DNA of 64,000 nucleotides from contig JBMSJJ010000003.1 in NCBI GenBank assembly GCA_049418765.1, positions 68,921 to 132,920 on the forward strand, read 5' to 3'. This DNA is from Rickettsiales bacterium (GTDB lineage: Bacteria > Pseudomonadota > Alphaproteobacteria > Rickettsiales > UBA1997). This document shows, one piece after another, positions 39,572 to 49,587 of this stretch. Numbering within the stretch: position 1 is the first letter of the stretch; every line of letters begins with the position of its first letter. The notes beneath the pieces are model-generated. The model worked only from the letters and a program-made list of their open reading frames with translations, was not told where the DNA came from and made no database searches. Position numbers and translations under genes: made by a program.

Positions 39572-41951
39572 TAATATTTTCTCTGTTTAAAAAATCATGA
39601 TTTTCAATAATACCAAGGTTAGAAAATTTATTAACGCATTTTGGAAGTTTATATTTTTTGGAGAAATTTACCACCATCCTATATTTTTTTAAAAATTTTT
39701 TTTGACAAATTTTAGAAATTTTTAAGCGGTTTTTTACCACCAAAAACAATTTATTTTCAATTTTTAATTCTTCATATTTTTTAAAATTTTTTTTACATAT
39801 ACTCAAATTATTATTGCAATTTTTAATCAAGTTAAAGCTATTTTGATTAAAGGAATGAAGCCATCTTGCAACCTGCTTGGTGCCTTTATTTTCTTTAGAG
39901 AAATATAATTTATTATTTAAAAAAACCGCATAAAATTTTTGCGATTTTTCAAAAATTATTTGATTTTTTGCTGGAGAAAAAGCACTCAAAATCAAAGCCA
40001 AAAAGCCTATAACAAAAAAAATTTTTAAGCAATTATTTCTGCTAATACAAAAAAAAGCCAAAAGCAGTAAACAACCTGCCAAAGCATGATTTTCAAGATA
40101 TGGGGTTGGCAAATAACTAAATTGGAAATTTGCAAAATAATCCGCAATTTTTATGAAAAAATTTAAAGCGAATTTTAATAAAAATAATGGCAAAATTTGT
40201 GCGTTACAAATCATCAATAAAAGAGCCAAAAAACTCAAAGGCATTACTATAAAACTAACGAAGGGAATGGCAATCAAATTGGCAAGAAAGCCACTCAAAC
40301 TTACAGTTTGAAAGTTATTCATAATAACTGGCAGTGTTGCAATCTGGATTGCCAGTGTAAGAAAAAAAATCTCCATAAAATATAATCTTATTTTACTTAA
40401 AAAGCCTGTGATGAATTTTTCTTCCAATCCCAAATTTGCATCTGGAAAAATTTTTAGACGCCAATTTTGATAATAACAGACTATAATTAAAACTGCCGAA
40501 AAGGATAATAAAAAACTCACTTGAAAAATCGCTAAAGGATTGATTAAAATCAAAATAATTAATGCAAAAAACAGCGCTCTTATTGCATTAAATTTGCTAT
40601 CAAAAATCAGGGCAAACATTGCTAGCCAAACCATAATTAAAGCCCTTTGCGCTGGAATTGGTGCATCAGCAATTTTTAAGTAAATAAAGCTGGCACAAAT
40701 GGCAAAAATTGCCGAAATTTTTTTTATATCAAATCGCAAGGCAATGTATTCAATATTTGCCAATAAAAATCTGATGCTTACAAAAAAAATCGCACTTGCT
40801 AATGACAAATGAAAACCCGAAATCGAAAGCAAATGCGAAAGGCCTGACTTACGAATATTTTGCAATAAATCATTAGCAATAAATTTTTGATCACCAATCA
40901 ATAATGCAATAGCAATTGAAGCTGAGCTGGGCGGTAAATACTCCTTTATTTTTTGCGAAATAATTAGCCTTTTTTGCAAAATATACTCGTCAAAATTATT
41001 AATTTTTTGACGCTGAATAATTTGTGGAAATTTAATAAAATAACCAAATGCACCTATATTTTTAGCCATTGCATCGAATTTTGGATTAAAATTTTTTTTA
41101 AATTCTTGTTTCGAAATCGGTGAAATTAAAGCATTAAAATTAATTAAATCATTTATTTGATATTGACCTGAATATTTACTCAAAATTAGACTCATTTTTG
41201 TTGGCGGATTTTCTAGGATTGAATCTTGATTTTTAATAATCCAAGGCGGTTGGTTATAGAATTTTTTATAATCAATAAATTGCCTATCAATTTCCAAATA
41301 ATTATTTACATTTAGGTAATTTTTATAAATTTTTTTGGCAATTTTCTTAAGTTTTTTTGATGAATTTTTAGATTTTTTTAAAATTTTCTTTGCAAATTTT
41401 TTTGAATTTTTGGTTTTTTTCTTTTTTGGTTTTTTGGATTTTTGAAATTTCTTAACAGCCTTTTTATTTGGCAAAAATTCCATTTTTTTCAACTCAAGAT
41501 TCTTTAGTAAAATATTAGCTCCAACCAGCCGAGTCTGGCTATTATAAAATGGCTTAATATCTATAATTTTTGCAGTCGAATTTATATAAAATTTATGTTC
41601 ATAATATTTGTCTTTACTAAAATAATGAAAATAAATTTTGCCATAAAAAATTCCTAAAATAAAAATTATTAATGCCTTTAACAAAATATTTTCACCCAAC
41701 CAAAAACTCAATAAACAAATTATTAAAACATAAATAAAAATTAAAATAATAACAGGAAAAAATTTATCACAATTCGCTTGAAAATACAGATAATAAGAGG
41801 TTCCAGCGATGAAAATTACAATCGAATAAAAGAAATAATTGGTAATTTCTTGCTGAAGAATTTCGGAGCGAAAAAAATTATTTTTGAAAACTAAAAAAAA
41901 CCTTGCAAAAAGGTCGAGGAAGTTAGAATAGGATTTTTGGGTTCGCATCAA
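39555..41951 (-). CDS. comEC: ComEC/Rec2 DNA internalisation channel protein
   Basis: 798 aa. Competence-domain motif RKSGLSHLLSISGFHLSL and many TM helices. I see no HxHxDH metallo-beta-lactamase motif in the C-terminal ~150 aa. Confidence 0.88.
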   Translation of the reverse strand: MMRTQKSYSNFLDLFARFFLVFKNNFFRSEILQQEITNYFFYSIVIFIAGTSYYLYFQANCDKFFPVIILIFIYVLIICLLSFWLGENILLKALIIFILGIFYGKIYFHYFSKDKYYEHKFYINSTAKIIDIKPFYNSQTRLVGANILLKNLELKKMEFLPNKKAVKKFQKSKKPKKKKTKNSKKFAKKILKKSKNSSKKLKKIAKKIYKNYLNVNNYLEIDRQFIDYKKFYNQPPWIIKNQDSILENPPTKMSLILSKYSGQYQINDLINFNALISPISKQEFKKNFNPKFDAMAKNIGAFGYFIKFPQIIQRQKINNFDEYILQKRLIISQKIKEYLPPSSASIAIALLIGDQKFIANDLLQNIRKSGLSHLLSISGFHLSLASAIFFVSIRFLLANIEYIALRFDIKKISAIFAICASFIYLKIADAPIPAQRALIMVWLAMFALIFDSKFNAIRALFFALIILILINPLAIFQVSFLLSFSAVLIIVCYYQNWRLKIFPDANLGLEEKFITGFLSKIRLYFMEIFFLTLAIQIATLPVIMNNFQTVSLSGFLANLIAIPFVSFIVMPLSFLALLLMICNAQILPLFLLKFALNFFIKIADYFANFQFSYLPTPYLENHALAGCLLLLAFFCISRNNCLKIFFVIGFLALILSAFSPAKNQIIFEKSQKFYAVFLNNKLYFSKENKGTKQVARWLHSFNQNSFNLIKNCNNNLSICKKNFKKYEELKIENKLFLVVKNRLKISKICQKKFLKKYRMVVNFSKKYKLPKCVNKFSNLGIIENHDFLNRENIIIDLK

Positions 41952-42000
41952 TGGTGATTATAAAAAATTTTGGTAGCAAAAAAATTATAGAATTTAATTT

Positions 42001-42714
42001 TTAATAATTCCAATAATTTTCTTTAAAATTTTTTTTAATAAATGCTTGATGAGCTTCTAATTCTTGAACGGACGGGCTATAATCGCGGGCTTCAATAATG
42101 AGTTTATCTTTTTTAACAATTTTCTTTTGTAAAAAATTATCCTGCGATTTTGGTTGTTCTTTTTTGGCAATATTATCATTGTCAAAACCAAAGCCACCTT
42201 GCGCACCACCCATTAACTCAATATATACATCGCAAAGCAACTCGGTATCGATTAAAGCACCGTGCTTTTGTCTTTTTGATAAATCCAAGTCGAACCTCTT
42301 ACATAAGGCGTCCAGCGAATTTGGCGACCCTGGAAATTTTTTTCTTGCCAAGACTAAACTATCAACCACCTTACTCATATTTAACGGTTTCTTTTGCACC
42401 AAATTCAGTTCGTAATTTAAAAATTTAGTATCAAAAGGAGCATTATGAATAACGATGATGTCGTCGCCGATAAAATTCAAAAACTTATCAACGATTAAAT
42501 CAAAAATCGGTTTATCTTTTAAAAATTCTCCAGAAATTCCATGAATTCGAAAAGCCTCTTCAGGCATATCCCTTCTGGGATTAACAAAGCTATGAAAAAA
42601 CTTTCCGGTCTTAACTTTGTCAAGCAATTCAAAACACGCAATTTCTACAATTTTATGCCCTTCCCTCGGGTCTAAGCCCGTGGTTTCTATATCTAAACAG
42701 ATTTCTCTAAGCAT
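42001..42714 (-). CDS. dnaQ: DNA polymerase III epsilon subunit (3'-5' exonuclease)
   Basis: Exo[10 protein letters not shown], Exo[15 protein letters not shown], Exo[17 protein letters not shown]. Confidence 0.93.
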   Translation of the reverse strand: MLREICLDIETTGLDPREGHKIVEIACFELLDKVKTGKFFHSFVNPRRDMPEEAFRIHGISGEFLKDKPIFDLIVDKFLNFIGDDIIVIHNAPFDTKFLNYELNLVQKKPLNMSKVVDSLVLARKKFPGSPNSLDALCKRFDLDLSKRQKHGALIDTELLCDVYIELMGGAQGGFGFDNDNIAKKEQPKSQDNFLQKKIVKKDKLIIEARDYSPSVQELEAHQAFIKKNFKENYWNY

Positions 42715-42715
42715 G

Positions 42716-43510
42716 TTATTTTTGGTTTTTTGGTTGACAAAATGAACGAGAAGTTTCGGAATTTATGAATTTTATAACTTCATTAACCAAATTAAATTCT
42801 GTATAATTTTCGGCAATTTTTTTGGCTCTAGCGCTGAAATTTTCTTCAATATTTTCTAGAAAAACTGCTTTAAAATAATTTCTTAAAGCGTGAATTTCAT
42901 CACGAGAAAAATTATTCCTTTTTAAGCCAACCAAATTTAAACCTGCTAAAAATGCCCTTTCTCCCATAACTAAGCCAAAAGGAATTACATCACTTTCAAC
43001 TCCCGACATTCCGCCAATCATTGCTCCCTTACCGATTCTAACAAATTGATGAACTGCAGATAATCCGCCGATTACCACATTATTTTCAATTTGTACATGA
43101 CCGGCAAGAGTGGCGTTATTGGCTAATATCACATGGTCTCCAACCAAGCAATCATGAGCAATATGAACTCCAACCATCAGCAAATTATTGCTTCCGATTT
43201 TTGTAATCATTCCGCCATCTTTGGTGCCACGATGAATGGTAACATGTTCGCGAATTTTATTATTATCACCAATAACTAATTTCGAATCTTCGCCATGGAA
43301 CTTTAAGTCTTGAGGCTCTAGGCCAATAGTTGCAAATGGATAAATTATATTATTCATTCCAATTTCGCAATCACCCTCAATAACCACATGGCTTTTGATT
43401 TTGGTTCCCGAATTTATTTTAACCTTATCTCCAATTACAACATAAGGACCGATTTCAACATTATCGGCAATCTTTGCATTGGCATGAATTATTGCTGTGC
43501 TATGAATCAT
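42716..43510 (-). CDS. lpxA: acyl-ACP--UDP-N-acetylglucosamine O-acyltransferase
   Basis: 264 aa. Left-handed beta-helix hexapeptide repeats from [27 protein letters not shown], helical C-terminal domain. Confidence 0.95.
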   Translation of the reverse strand: MIHSTAIIHANAKIADNVEIGPYVVIGDKVKINSGTKIKSHVVIEGDCEIGMNNIIYPFATIGLEPQDLKFHGEDSKLVIGDNNKIREHVTIHRGTKDGGMITKIGSNNLLMVGVHIAHDCLVGDHVILANNATLAGHVQIENNVVIGGLSAVHQFVRIGKGAMIGGMSGVESDVIPFGLVMGERAFLAGLNLVGLKRNNFSRDEIHALRNYFKAVFLENIEENFSARAKKIAENYTEFNLVNEVIKFINSETSRSFCQPKNQK

Positions 43511-43513
43511 AAA

Positions 43514-43966
43514 TTAAACAATTTTTTTTTCTTTTTCTACAATCATCGCCGAAAATTCTGCTTCCGAAACTTTAACGCCATCAACAAAAGCATTTCCTGA
43601 CAACTTCCATACTGAACCACGATTGTGAATTACTTCAACCTTAAGCTCCAAAACATCACCTGGAATAACTGGCTTTCTAAATTTGGCCGCCTCAATCGAC
43701 ATGAAATATACAAGATTTTCTTCTGATTTAAAATCCTCTCCTAAAGTAACAATTAACGCTCCAGCCTGAGCCATAGCCTCAATAATCAAAACGCCCGGCA
43801 TAATTGGATGATCAGGGAAATGGCCAAGAAAATGGGGCTCGTTAAAGGTTACATTTTTAACCGCTACGATTGATTTACCAACATTAAGCTCCACAACTTT
43901 ATCAACCAATAAAATTGGATAGCGGTGAGGAAGGGATTTTAAAATTTTTTCAATATTTATTTTCAT
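43514..43966 (-). CDS. fabZ: 3-hydroxyacyl-ACP dehydratase FabZ
   Basis: 150 aa. LPHRYPILLVD, FNEPHFLGHFPDHPIMPGVLIIEAMAQ. Confidence 0.96.
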   Translation of the reverse strand: MKINIEKILKSLPHRYPILLVDKVVELNVGKSIVAVKNVTFNEPHFLGHFPDHPIMPGVLIIEAMAQAGALIVTLGEDFKSEENLVYFMSIEAAKFRKPVIPGDVLELKVEVIHNRGSVWKLSGNAFVDGVKVSEAEFSAMIVEKEKKIV

Positions 43967-44160
43967 TGTAGTAAGTTATTATTTTGAGAGTAATTTTTAA
44001 ATTAACAATTAATGATTTTTAAAGTTTAATTTTTATTTTAGGTCATCTTATAAATTAAATCCTTAAAATCAAATTCAATTTTTTGCTTGAAGAGAAATTT
44101 TAAAGAGATATAATTTTAAACTTAAATTCCAATGATTTCAAGTTTACAATTTACAAAAAA

Positions 44161-45933
44161 ATGCATAAACTCGCAGAAACTAACAAATTAACTGGCGCTC
44201 AAATTATCGTTCAAGCATTGATAAATGAAGGTGTCGATACTATTTTCGGCTATCCAGGTGGAGCTATTTTGCCTTTTTATGACGCCCTATTTTTACAAAA
44301 TCAAATTACTCATATTTTAACCCGCCATGAGCAAGCCGCCTCACATGCTGCCGAAGGATATGCTCGCTCGACAGGCAAAGTTGGGGTCATCACCGTAACT
44401 TCTGGGCCCGGTGCAACTAATGCAATTACTGGCCTTACCGATGCCCAAATGGACTCAGTTCCATTGGTTTGCTTTTCAGGGCAAGTAGCCACCAGCGTTA
44501 TCGGAACTGATGGCTTTCAAGAAGCTGATATTACAGGCTTAACACGGTCTTGCACAAAACATAATTATTTGGTAAAAGATATAAATGATTTGGGCTATAT
44601 AATCCACGAGGCCTTTCATATTGCCCGCACTAATCGGCCAGGGCCAGTTTTAATCGACATTCCAAAAGATGTACAAAATAGCCATGGAATTTATTTAGGC
44701 AAATCGATTATTAATCGCAAATCTTATCAACTTAAAGAAAATAAATTTTCCTTAAATCACGATAATATTTCTAATGCGGTAGATTTAATTTTATCAGCAA
44801 AAAAACCAATTTTTTATGTCGGTGGTGGCATTATTAACTCTGGAGATGAGGCTTGTGGATTACTCACAAAATTAGTTCGACATTTAGGATTTCCAATTAC
44901 CAACACTCTAATGGGACTTGGTGCTTTTCCAGCTACCGATCATCATTTTATTGGTATGCTTGGAATGCACGGCACCTACGAAGCTAATATGGCAATGCAT
45001 GATTGCGATGTAATGATTAATATTGGCGCTAGATTTGACGATCGCGTTACCGGAAGAGTTTCCGGATTCTCACCAAATTCTAAAAAAATTCACATCGATA
45101 TTGACCAATGCTCTATCGACAAAATCATCAAAGTCGATGTTGCTATTAATGCCGATGCAAAAACTGCAATTATTGAAATTCTCAACGAATTAGAGCGTCG
45201 CAAAATCGGCAATCGCTCCAAAGAAATTAAAGAATGGTGGACTCAAATCAACAAATGGCAAGCCATTAAATCCTTATCATTTGAAGAATCCAAAAAAACC
45301 ATTAAGCCTGAATACGCTCTGCAAAGACTCAATGCCCTAACCAAAGATGCCGAGCCTTTTGTTTCAACCGATGTTGGACAACATCAAATGTGGAGTGCAC
45401 AATATATTCAATTCAATCAGCCAAAAAAATGGCTAACCTCTGGTGGACTTGGAACCATGGGCTATGGAGTTCCTTCTGCAGTTGGTGCCCAAATTGCCAA
45501 TCCAAATAATTTAGTAATTTGCGTAAGCGGTGATGCTAGCTTCTTAATGAATATGCAAGAATTATGCACCATCAAACAATATCAACTTCCTGTAAAAATT
45601 TTTATTATCAATAATCGTTATATGGGCATGGTGCGTCAATGGCAAGAATTGATTTATGAAAAACGCGAAAGCCAATCTTATATGGAATCGCTTCCAGATT
45701 TTATGAAACTAGCAGAGTCATTTGGCATCAAAGGAATTGAGTGTGATAACCCAGCTAAGCTCGATGAAAAAATTCTTGAAATGGTCAATCATAAAGGTCC
45801 AGTTCTATTTAATTGCCTCGTCGATAAGGCGGAAAATGTATTTCCGATGATACCAGCTGGTTCGGCTCACAACGAAATTTTACTTGGAAGCCAAGCCAAG
45901 CAATATATAACAAAAGACATTAACGCCGTATAG
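44161..45933 (+). CDS. ilvB: acetolactate synthase large (catalytic) subunit
   Basis: 590 aa. IFGYPGGAILPFYDAL, ThDP motif GGLGTMGYGVPSAVGAQ...SGDASFLMNMQEL. Confidence 0.96.
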   Translation: MHKLAETNKLTGAQIIVQALINEGVDTIFGYPGGAILPFYDALFLQNQITHILTRHEQAASHAAEGYARSTGKVGVITVTSGPGATNAITGLTDAQMDSVPLVCFSGQVATSVIGTDGFQEADITGLTRSCTKHNYLVKDINDLGYIIHEAFHIARTNRPGPVLIDIPKDVQNSHGIYLGKSIINRKSYQLKENKFSLNHDNISNAVDLILSAKKPIFYVGGGIINSGDEACGLLTKLVRHLGFPITNTLMGLGAFPATDHHFIGMLGMHGTYEANMAMHDCDVMINIGARFDDRVTGRVSGFSPNSKKIHIDIDQCSIDKIIKVDVAINADAKTAIIEILNELERRKIGNRSKEIKEWWTQINKWQAIKSLSFEESKKTIKPEYALQRLNALTKDAEPFVSTDVGQHQMWSAQYIQFNQPKKWLTSGGLGTMGYGVPSAVGAQIANPNNLVICVSGDASFLMNMQELCTIKQYQLPVKIFIINNRYMGMVRQWQELIYEKRESQSYMESLPDFMKLAESFGIKGIECDNPAKLDEKILEMVNHKGPVLFNCLVDKAENVFPMIPAGSAHNEILLGSQAKQYITKDINAV

Positions 45934-45936
45934 CTT

Positions 45937-46452
45937 ATGACCGAAATTTCAAAAAGACATGTGATTGCCGTTTTAATTGACAATGAATTCGGAGCTCTAG
46001 CCCGAGTAGTAGAATTATTTTCCGCTCGAGGCTATAATATCGAGACCCTAAGCGTTGCTCCAGTTTCAAGTGACAAAAAATTATCAAGAATTACCATCAC
46101 TACTTTTGGAACCGATAAAACTATCGATTTAATTTGTAAATTGCTTTGCCGAATTGTGCCAGTTCACTACGCAGCCGAGCTAACCAAAAACGATGATTAT
46201 ATTGAACGAGAACTTTGTTTAGCTCAAATTATTTGCGATAAAATTCAATTAAAAAACGCTATTGAAAATTTGCAACAATTCCGCTCTCAAATTATTGACA
46301 AGGAAGAAGATTCTTCAGTTTTTGAAATTATTGGCACTTCATTTGAAATTGAAGAAGCCATTAAAATCCTTGAAAATTATGGCTTAACAACAGTTTCAAG
46401 AACTGGAATTGCCGGTGGCTTTAGAGGAAAAAAACGACTCGACCAAATATAA
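45937..46452 (+). CDS. ilvN: acetolactate synthase small (regulatory) subunit
   Basis: 171 aa. ACT domain start HVIAVLIDNEFGALARVVELFSARGYNIETLSV. Confidence 0.92.
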   Translation: MTEISKRHVIAVLIDNEFGALARVVELFSARGYNIETLSVAPVSSDKKLSRITITTFGTDKTIDLICKLLCRIVPVHYAAELTKNDDYIERELCLAQIICDKIQLKNAIENLQQFRSQIIDKEEDSSVFEIIGTSFEIEEAIKILENYGLTTVSRTGIAGGFRGKKRLDQI

Positions 46453-46454
46453 TC

Positions 46455-47717
46455 ATGATTGACTTAAAATTAATTCGCGAAAATCCACAAAAATTTGATG
46501 ATGCCATGAAGTCTCGTGGTAACTCTCTTCGTAGTGAAAAAATTTTATATCTTGACGAGCAAAATCGTCAAAAAATCTTTTCAATTCAAGAATTACAAGC
46601 CAAAAGAAATAAAATTGCTCAAGAAATTGCCATCGTTAAAAAAAATCAAGGCGAGGCCAGTAATTTATTGAATGAATCTAAAAAAATTAATTCCGAATTA
46701 TCGGCTTTGGAACAAGATTTTACTATTGATGAAGAGCTACAAGAAATCTTACTCAATATTCCAAATTTGCCAAGCAATGATGTGCCAATTGGAATCGATG
46801 AAAATGATAATTTAGAAATTGAAAAATATGGAAAGCCAAGAGTTTTTGATTTTCAGCCAAAACCGCATGATGAAATCGGTGAGGCACTCAAAATGTTGGA
46901 TTTTGAACAATCATCATTAATGTCGGGCGCAAGATTTTCTACATTAAGCGCAGATTTAGCCAGATTAGAGAGAGTTTTAGCAAATTTTATGCTAGATTTT
47001 GCTTTAGAAAATGGCTACACCGAAATTTCGCCACCAAATTTAGTAAAATCCGAAGCAATGAAATTTTCTGGGCAATTGCCTAAATTTTCAGAGGAAGCCT
47101 TTGTTACAACTGATGGCTACTGGCTAATCCCAACCTCCGAAGTCTCGCTAGTAAATTTAGTTGCCAAAAAAACTTTAACAAATTTAGATTTGCCAATTCG
47201 TTTCACCGCCCTCACCCCATGTTTTCGCCGAGAAGCCGGCTCTGCAGGTCGCGACACTCGAGGCATGATTCGCCAACATCAATTTAAAAAAGTTGAATTA
47301 GTATCCATCACTTCTCAAGAGCAGTCAAATCAAGAGCATGAAAGAATGACCAATATCGCTTGTCAAATTTTACAAAAACTTGAATTGCCTTATCGTAAAA
47401 TTTTGTTATGCACTGGCGATATGGGATTTTGTTCACAAAAAACTTATGATATTGAGGTTTGGATGCCTTCACAAAATAAATATCGAGAAATTTCAAGCTG
47501 TTCAAATTGTGGCGATTTCCAAGCCAGAAGAGCTTCAATTAAATATAAAAACTCCGAAGGAAAAAATGTTTTTGCCCACACCTTAAACGGCTCTTCCCTT
47601 GCGGTTGGACGCACTTTAGTAGCTATTTTAGAAAATTATCAAAATTTTGATGGCTCAATCAAAATTCCAGAAATTTTGCAAATGCAAATGGGCAAAAAAA
47701 TAATCACAAGATCTTGA
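46455..47717 (+). CDS. serS: serine--tRNA ligase
   Basis: MIDLKLIRENP, coiled-coil arm, class II motifs (FRREAGSAGRDTRGMIRQHQF, GSSLAVGRTLVAILEN). Confidence 0.96.
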   Translation: MIDLKLIRENPQKFDDAMKSRGNSLRSEKILYLDEQNRQKIFSIQELQAKRNKIAQEIAIVKKNQGEASNLLNESKKINSELSALEQDFTIDEELQEILLNIPNLPSNDVPIGIDENDNLEIEKYGKPRVFDFQPKPHDEIGEALKMLDFEQSSLMSGARFSTLSADLARLERVLANFMLDFALENGYTEISPPNLVKSEAMKFSGQLPKFSEEAFVTTDGYWLIPTSEVSLVNLVAKKTLTNLDLPIRFTALTPCFRREAGSAGRDTRGMIRQHQFKKVELVSITSQEQSNQEHERMTNIACQILQKLELPYRKILLCTGDMGFCSQKTYDIEVWMPSQNKYREISSCSNCGDFQARRASIKYKNSEGKNVFAHTLNGSSLAVGRTLVAILENYQNFDGSIKIPEILQMQMGKKIITRS

Positions 47718-47967
47718 ATCATACTTAAATGATTAATTCGAAGATTTATCAAAATGGCTTTGGATTATTAAAAATATTAGAACAAATTTAATTCAAGCAC
47801 CATCTTCAAATTTAAAGACATCCAATTGCTCAAGGTCATTTATATCTTGTGATGAGAGGCGTATGAATTGGTTGAAAAAATAAAAATCTTGCTTAACAAA
47901 AATTTTTATTTATAATTACCGCCCTAAAATTTCTAACTAAAAATTAAAACTATTTTTAAAATTATCT

Positions 47968-48237
47968 ATGGCTAATACTAAATCTGCAAAAAAAGCTTTT
48001 CGCGCTAGCGAAAGAAAAAATATCGTTAACACCTCTAGAATCAATCGCATTCGTACCTTTATCAAAAAAGTTGATGGTGCCATCAAAACTGGTGACGAAG
48101 TCAAAGCTCGTGAAGCATTCAAAGCTCTTGAACCAGAAATTATGAAAGGTGTAACCAAAAAAGTTTTAAAACATAACACCGCTTCAAGAAAGCTATCAAG
48201 GCTTGCCAGTGCTATTCGCAAAATTAAAAAAGGTTAA
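47968..48237 (+). CDS. rpsT: 30S ribosomal protein S20
   Basis: MANTKSAKKAFRASERKN... The basic helical 89-aa protein is typical of S20. Confidence 0.93.
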   Translation: MANTKSAKKAFRASERKNIVNTSRINRIRTFIKKVDGAIKTGDEVKAREAFKALEPEIMKGVTKKVLKHNTASRKLSRLASAIRKIKKG

Positions 48238-48257
48238 TTTTAAATTAACAAATTTTC

Positions 48258-49238
48258 ATGTCAGCACTTAGCAAATTTCGCAAAATTTTTAGCAATACCA
48301 AAATTGATTTCATGTCAATTCATAATTTTGCTTTAATTTTTTCGATAATTTGCATCATCGGCTCAATTGCCTTAGTTTACTTCAAAGGTTTAAATTTTGG
48401 AATTGATTTTGCAGGTGGAGTTTTAATCGAAGCCCGCTTCAACGAGAAACCAGAAATCTCGAAAATCCGCGAACTTTTATCCAGCTCCATCAAAGATATA
48501 CAAATTCAAGAAACTAAGGGGCAAGAAACTAAGGGGCAAGAAACCAAGGGGCAAGAAACCACCCCCAATGAAAGCGAAAAACAAAATGGAAATTACGATA
48601 TTTTAATTAGAATATCAAAAACCAGCGATGATCAATCGAGTCAAATCAAAAAAATTCAAGAACTTCTCAATCAAAACTATCAAAATATTGAATATCGCAA
48701 GGTAGATTTTGTCGGACCTCAAGTGGGATCAGAACTTATTTTTAAAGGCTCGCTGGCACTAGCTTTATCATTCGTTTTTATAATGATTTACATTTGGATT
48801 CGTTTTGATTGGCAATTTGGTTTAGGCGGAATTTTTGCCCTAATTCACGATACTGCCTTAACCCTTGGTTTTTTTGCAATTACAGGCTTAGAATTTAATC
48901 TAACTTCAATTGCTTCAATTTTAACAATTATTGGCTATTCCATCAATGACTCGGTAGTTATTTACGATCGCATCCGTGAAAATTTAATTTTAAACCAAAA
49001 AATGGATTTAACACAGCTTATAAATTCCAGCACCAACTCAACATTGAGCAGAACCATCTTAACTTCAGGCACTACCCTAATTTCTTTATTGGCTTTAATT
49101 TTATTTGGTGGCGACACGCTTTTTAGTTTTAGTATGGCTACTTTTTTTGGAATTTTAGTTGGCACCTATTCTTCAATTTACATCTCTGCTCCAATCCTTC
49201 TATATTTTGACCCTCGTCAAAAAAAACCTAAGAAGTAG
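48258..49238 (+). CDS. secF: protein translocase subunit SecF
   Basis: 326 aa. GLNFGIDFAGG, six-TM SecDF core (IGYSINDSVVIYDRIREN). Contains the in-frame QETKG repeat. Confidence 0.92.
   Translation: MSALSKFRKIFSNTKIDFMSIHNFALIFSIICIIGSIALVYFKGLNFGIDFAGGVLIEARFNEKPEISKIRELLSSSIKDIQIQETKGQETKGQETKGQETTPNESEKQNGNYDILIRISKTSDDQSSQIKKIQELLNQNYQNIEYRKVDFVGPQVGSELIFKGSLALALSFVFIMIYIWIRFDWQFGLGGIFALIHDTALTLGFFAITGLEFNLTSIASILTIIGYSINDSVVIYDRIRENLILNQKMDLTQLINSSTNSTLSRTILTSGTTLISLLALILFGGDTLFSFSMATFFGILVGTYSSIYISAPILLYFDPRQKKPKK
48507..48561 (+). repeat. in-frame 15-bp tandem repeat (CAAGAAACTAAGGGG, 3.7 copies) inside secF
   Basis: Read directly. Encodes QETKG-QETKG-QETKG-QET in the first periplasmic loop. 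Confidence 0.92.
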
Positions 49239-49587
49239 TGCAAACGCATTTAAACAAGCGCCTTTTAATTTTTTTATAAATTGATAAGTTTATAGCTTCT
49301 TTCTTAATATAAAATCTGCAAAACCTCATGATGATAGCAAGACAAACATTACAATTTGTTTTTTATTTATAAGAGATTTTCCCAAAAGAAACTCAGCAAA
49401 AGGATCAATTTCTTAGTTTTATATTTTTACATAGACCATCAAAATTCAATAAATCCAAAAATAAATAATTTAAAGACAATATAAATATTTAGTTAAATAG
49501 TAATTTATTTAAATAATTTTTAATACTTGTTAATTTATTTTTATTATAATTTGTTATTTTATATTATGAATTAATATAAAATAACAA

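Noticed and set aside
47937-48221. 94-aa minus-strand ORF opposite rpsT
   Set aside because: It is the mirror ORF of the highly basic S20 gene, and the S20 identity on the plus strand is unambiguous.
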